A DNA stretch of 58,988 nucleotides, taken from positions 1 to 58,988 of the forward strand of contig CABXTP010000001.1 of NCBI GenBank assembly GCA_902515175.1, in the 5' to 3' direction. Positions 58,478 through 58,988 of the stretch are shown here, one piece after another (within the stretch, counting starts at the first letter, position 1; every line of letters starts with the position of its first letter). Made by a program: the position numbers and the translations under genes. The notes beneath the pieces were generated by a model. The model did not search any database. It saw nothing but the letters and a program-made list of their open reading frames with translations, and had not been told where the DNA came from. The stretch comes from an uncultured Pelagibacteraceae bacterium (GTDB lineage: Bacteria > Pseudomonadota > Alphaproteobacteria > Pelagibacterales > Pelagibacteraceae).

Positions 58478-58988
58478 TGACAGATTTAAATATTCTTATA
58501 GTAGAGGGAAATAATCTGGAAGATAATCAGTTTTTTGTAAAAGCAGCTGGAGCTTCTTGCTCCGACAACTTAAAAAGATTAGTTCTAACATTAGAACCTG
58601 CTTGTACTATAAAAGTAATAAATCCTGGCTTAGACAATGAAACCAAAGAAGCTCTAAATAATATGAATAATTATGATGGAATTATTTTTACTGGTGGTGC
58701 TATGAGACTTAACGATATGACAGATGAAATTAAAAAGCATATTAATTTTGCGTATAATTGTTTTAAATTTAGTAATAAAATTTTGGCTATTTGTTGGGGA
58801 TTACAGATTTGCTCAACAGCTGCAGGTGGAAAAGTTTTACCAGGAAAAAAAGGAGCACATATTGGAGTCGCTTCAGATGTGGAGATAAATGAAAAAGGAA
58901 AAAAGAATCCCATTTTTAAAAATAAAAAATTAAAGTTTACTTCACCTGCATTTAATTTTGACGAGGTTTGTGAAATACCTGATGGAGC
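58477..58988 (+). CDS. Type 1 glutamine amidotransferase family protein, 3'-partial
   Basis: TAATG coupling; MTDLNILIVEGN...YDGIIFTGG...ILAICWGLQ nucleophile elbow; open to the window end. Confidence 0.85.
   Translation, partial: MTDLNILIVEGNNLEDNQFFVKAAGASCSDNLKRLVLTLEPACTIKVINPGLDNETKEALNNMNNYDGIIFTGGAMRLNDMTDEIKKHINFAYNCFKFSNKILAICWGLQICSTAAGGKVLPGKKGAHIGVASDVEINEKGKKNPIFKNKKLKFTSPAFNFDEVCEIPDG

Noticed and set aside
58671-58913. 80-aa minus-strand ORF
   Set aside because: Antisense to the glutamine amidotransferase-like gene that runs off the window end
1-58988. Prophage, IS elements, tRNA/rRNA, defence systems
   Set aside because: No integrase, transposase, structural phage, cas or restriction genes, and no tRNA or rRNA-like segments recognised

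Overview
Very AT-rich, densely packed alphaproteobacterial DNA with tiny intergenic spacers. Gene content and style are typical of SAR11/Pelagibacterales; this is an inference, not a search result. The left half (about 1-34 kb) is a methylated-amine / C1-tetrahydrofolate region: soxBDAG, fhs, a GcvT/DmdA-family demethylase with a MetF-like partner, a Rieske oxygenase, a dimethylglycine dehydrogenase-like enzyme, etfBA and ETF-QO, folE and acuI. It also holds purEK, a 5'-truncated glycerol-type ABC operon fused to a GNAT gene, and an uncharacterised M19-like / 551-aa / DUF3726 trio. The middle carries a Fur-boxed Fe(III) ABC transporter interrupted by a cysteine-less peroxiredoxin-like gene, AzlCD, a copper/persulfide cluster, a structured intergenic locus with an 8-aa micro-ORF, and an atypical TPP riboswitch before a ThiV-like symporter. 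The right part has aceA with a double-HTH RamB-family regulator, an allantoin catabolic operon (puuE-alc-allA-rbsK) with an NCS1 permease, an iron-containing alcohol dehydrogenase and a partial glutamine amidotransferase. I saw no rRNA, tRNA, CRISPR array or transposase. All calls come from motif recognition by eye; no database searches were run.
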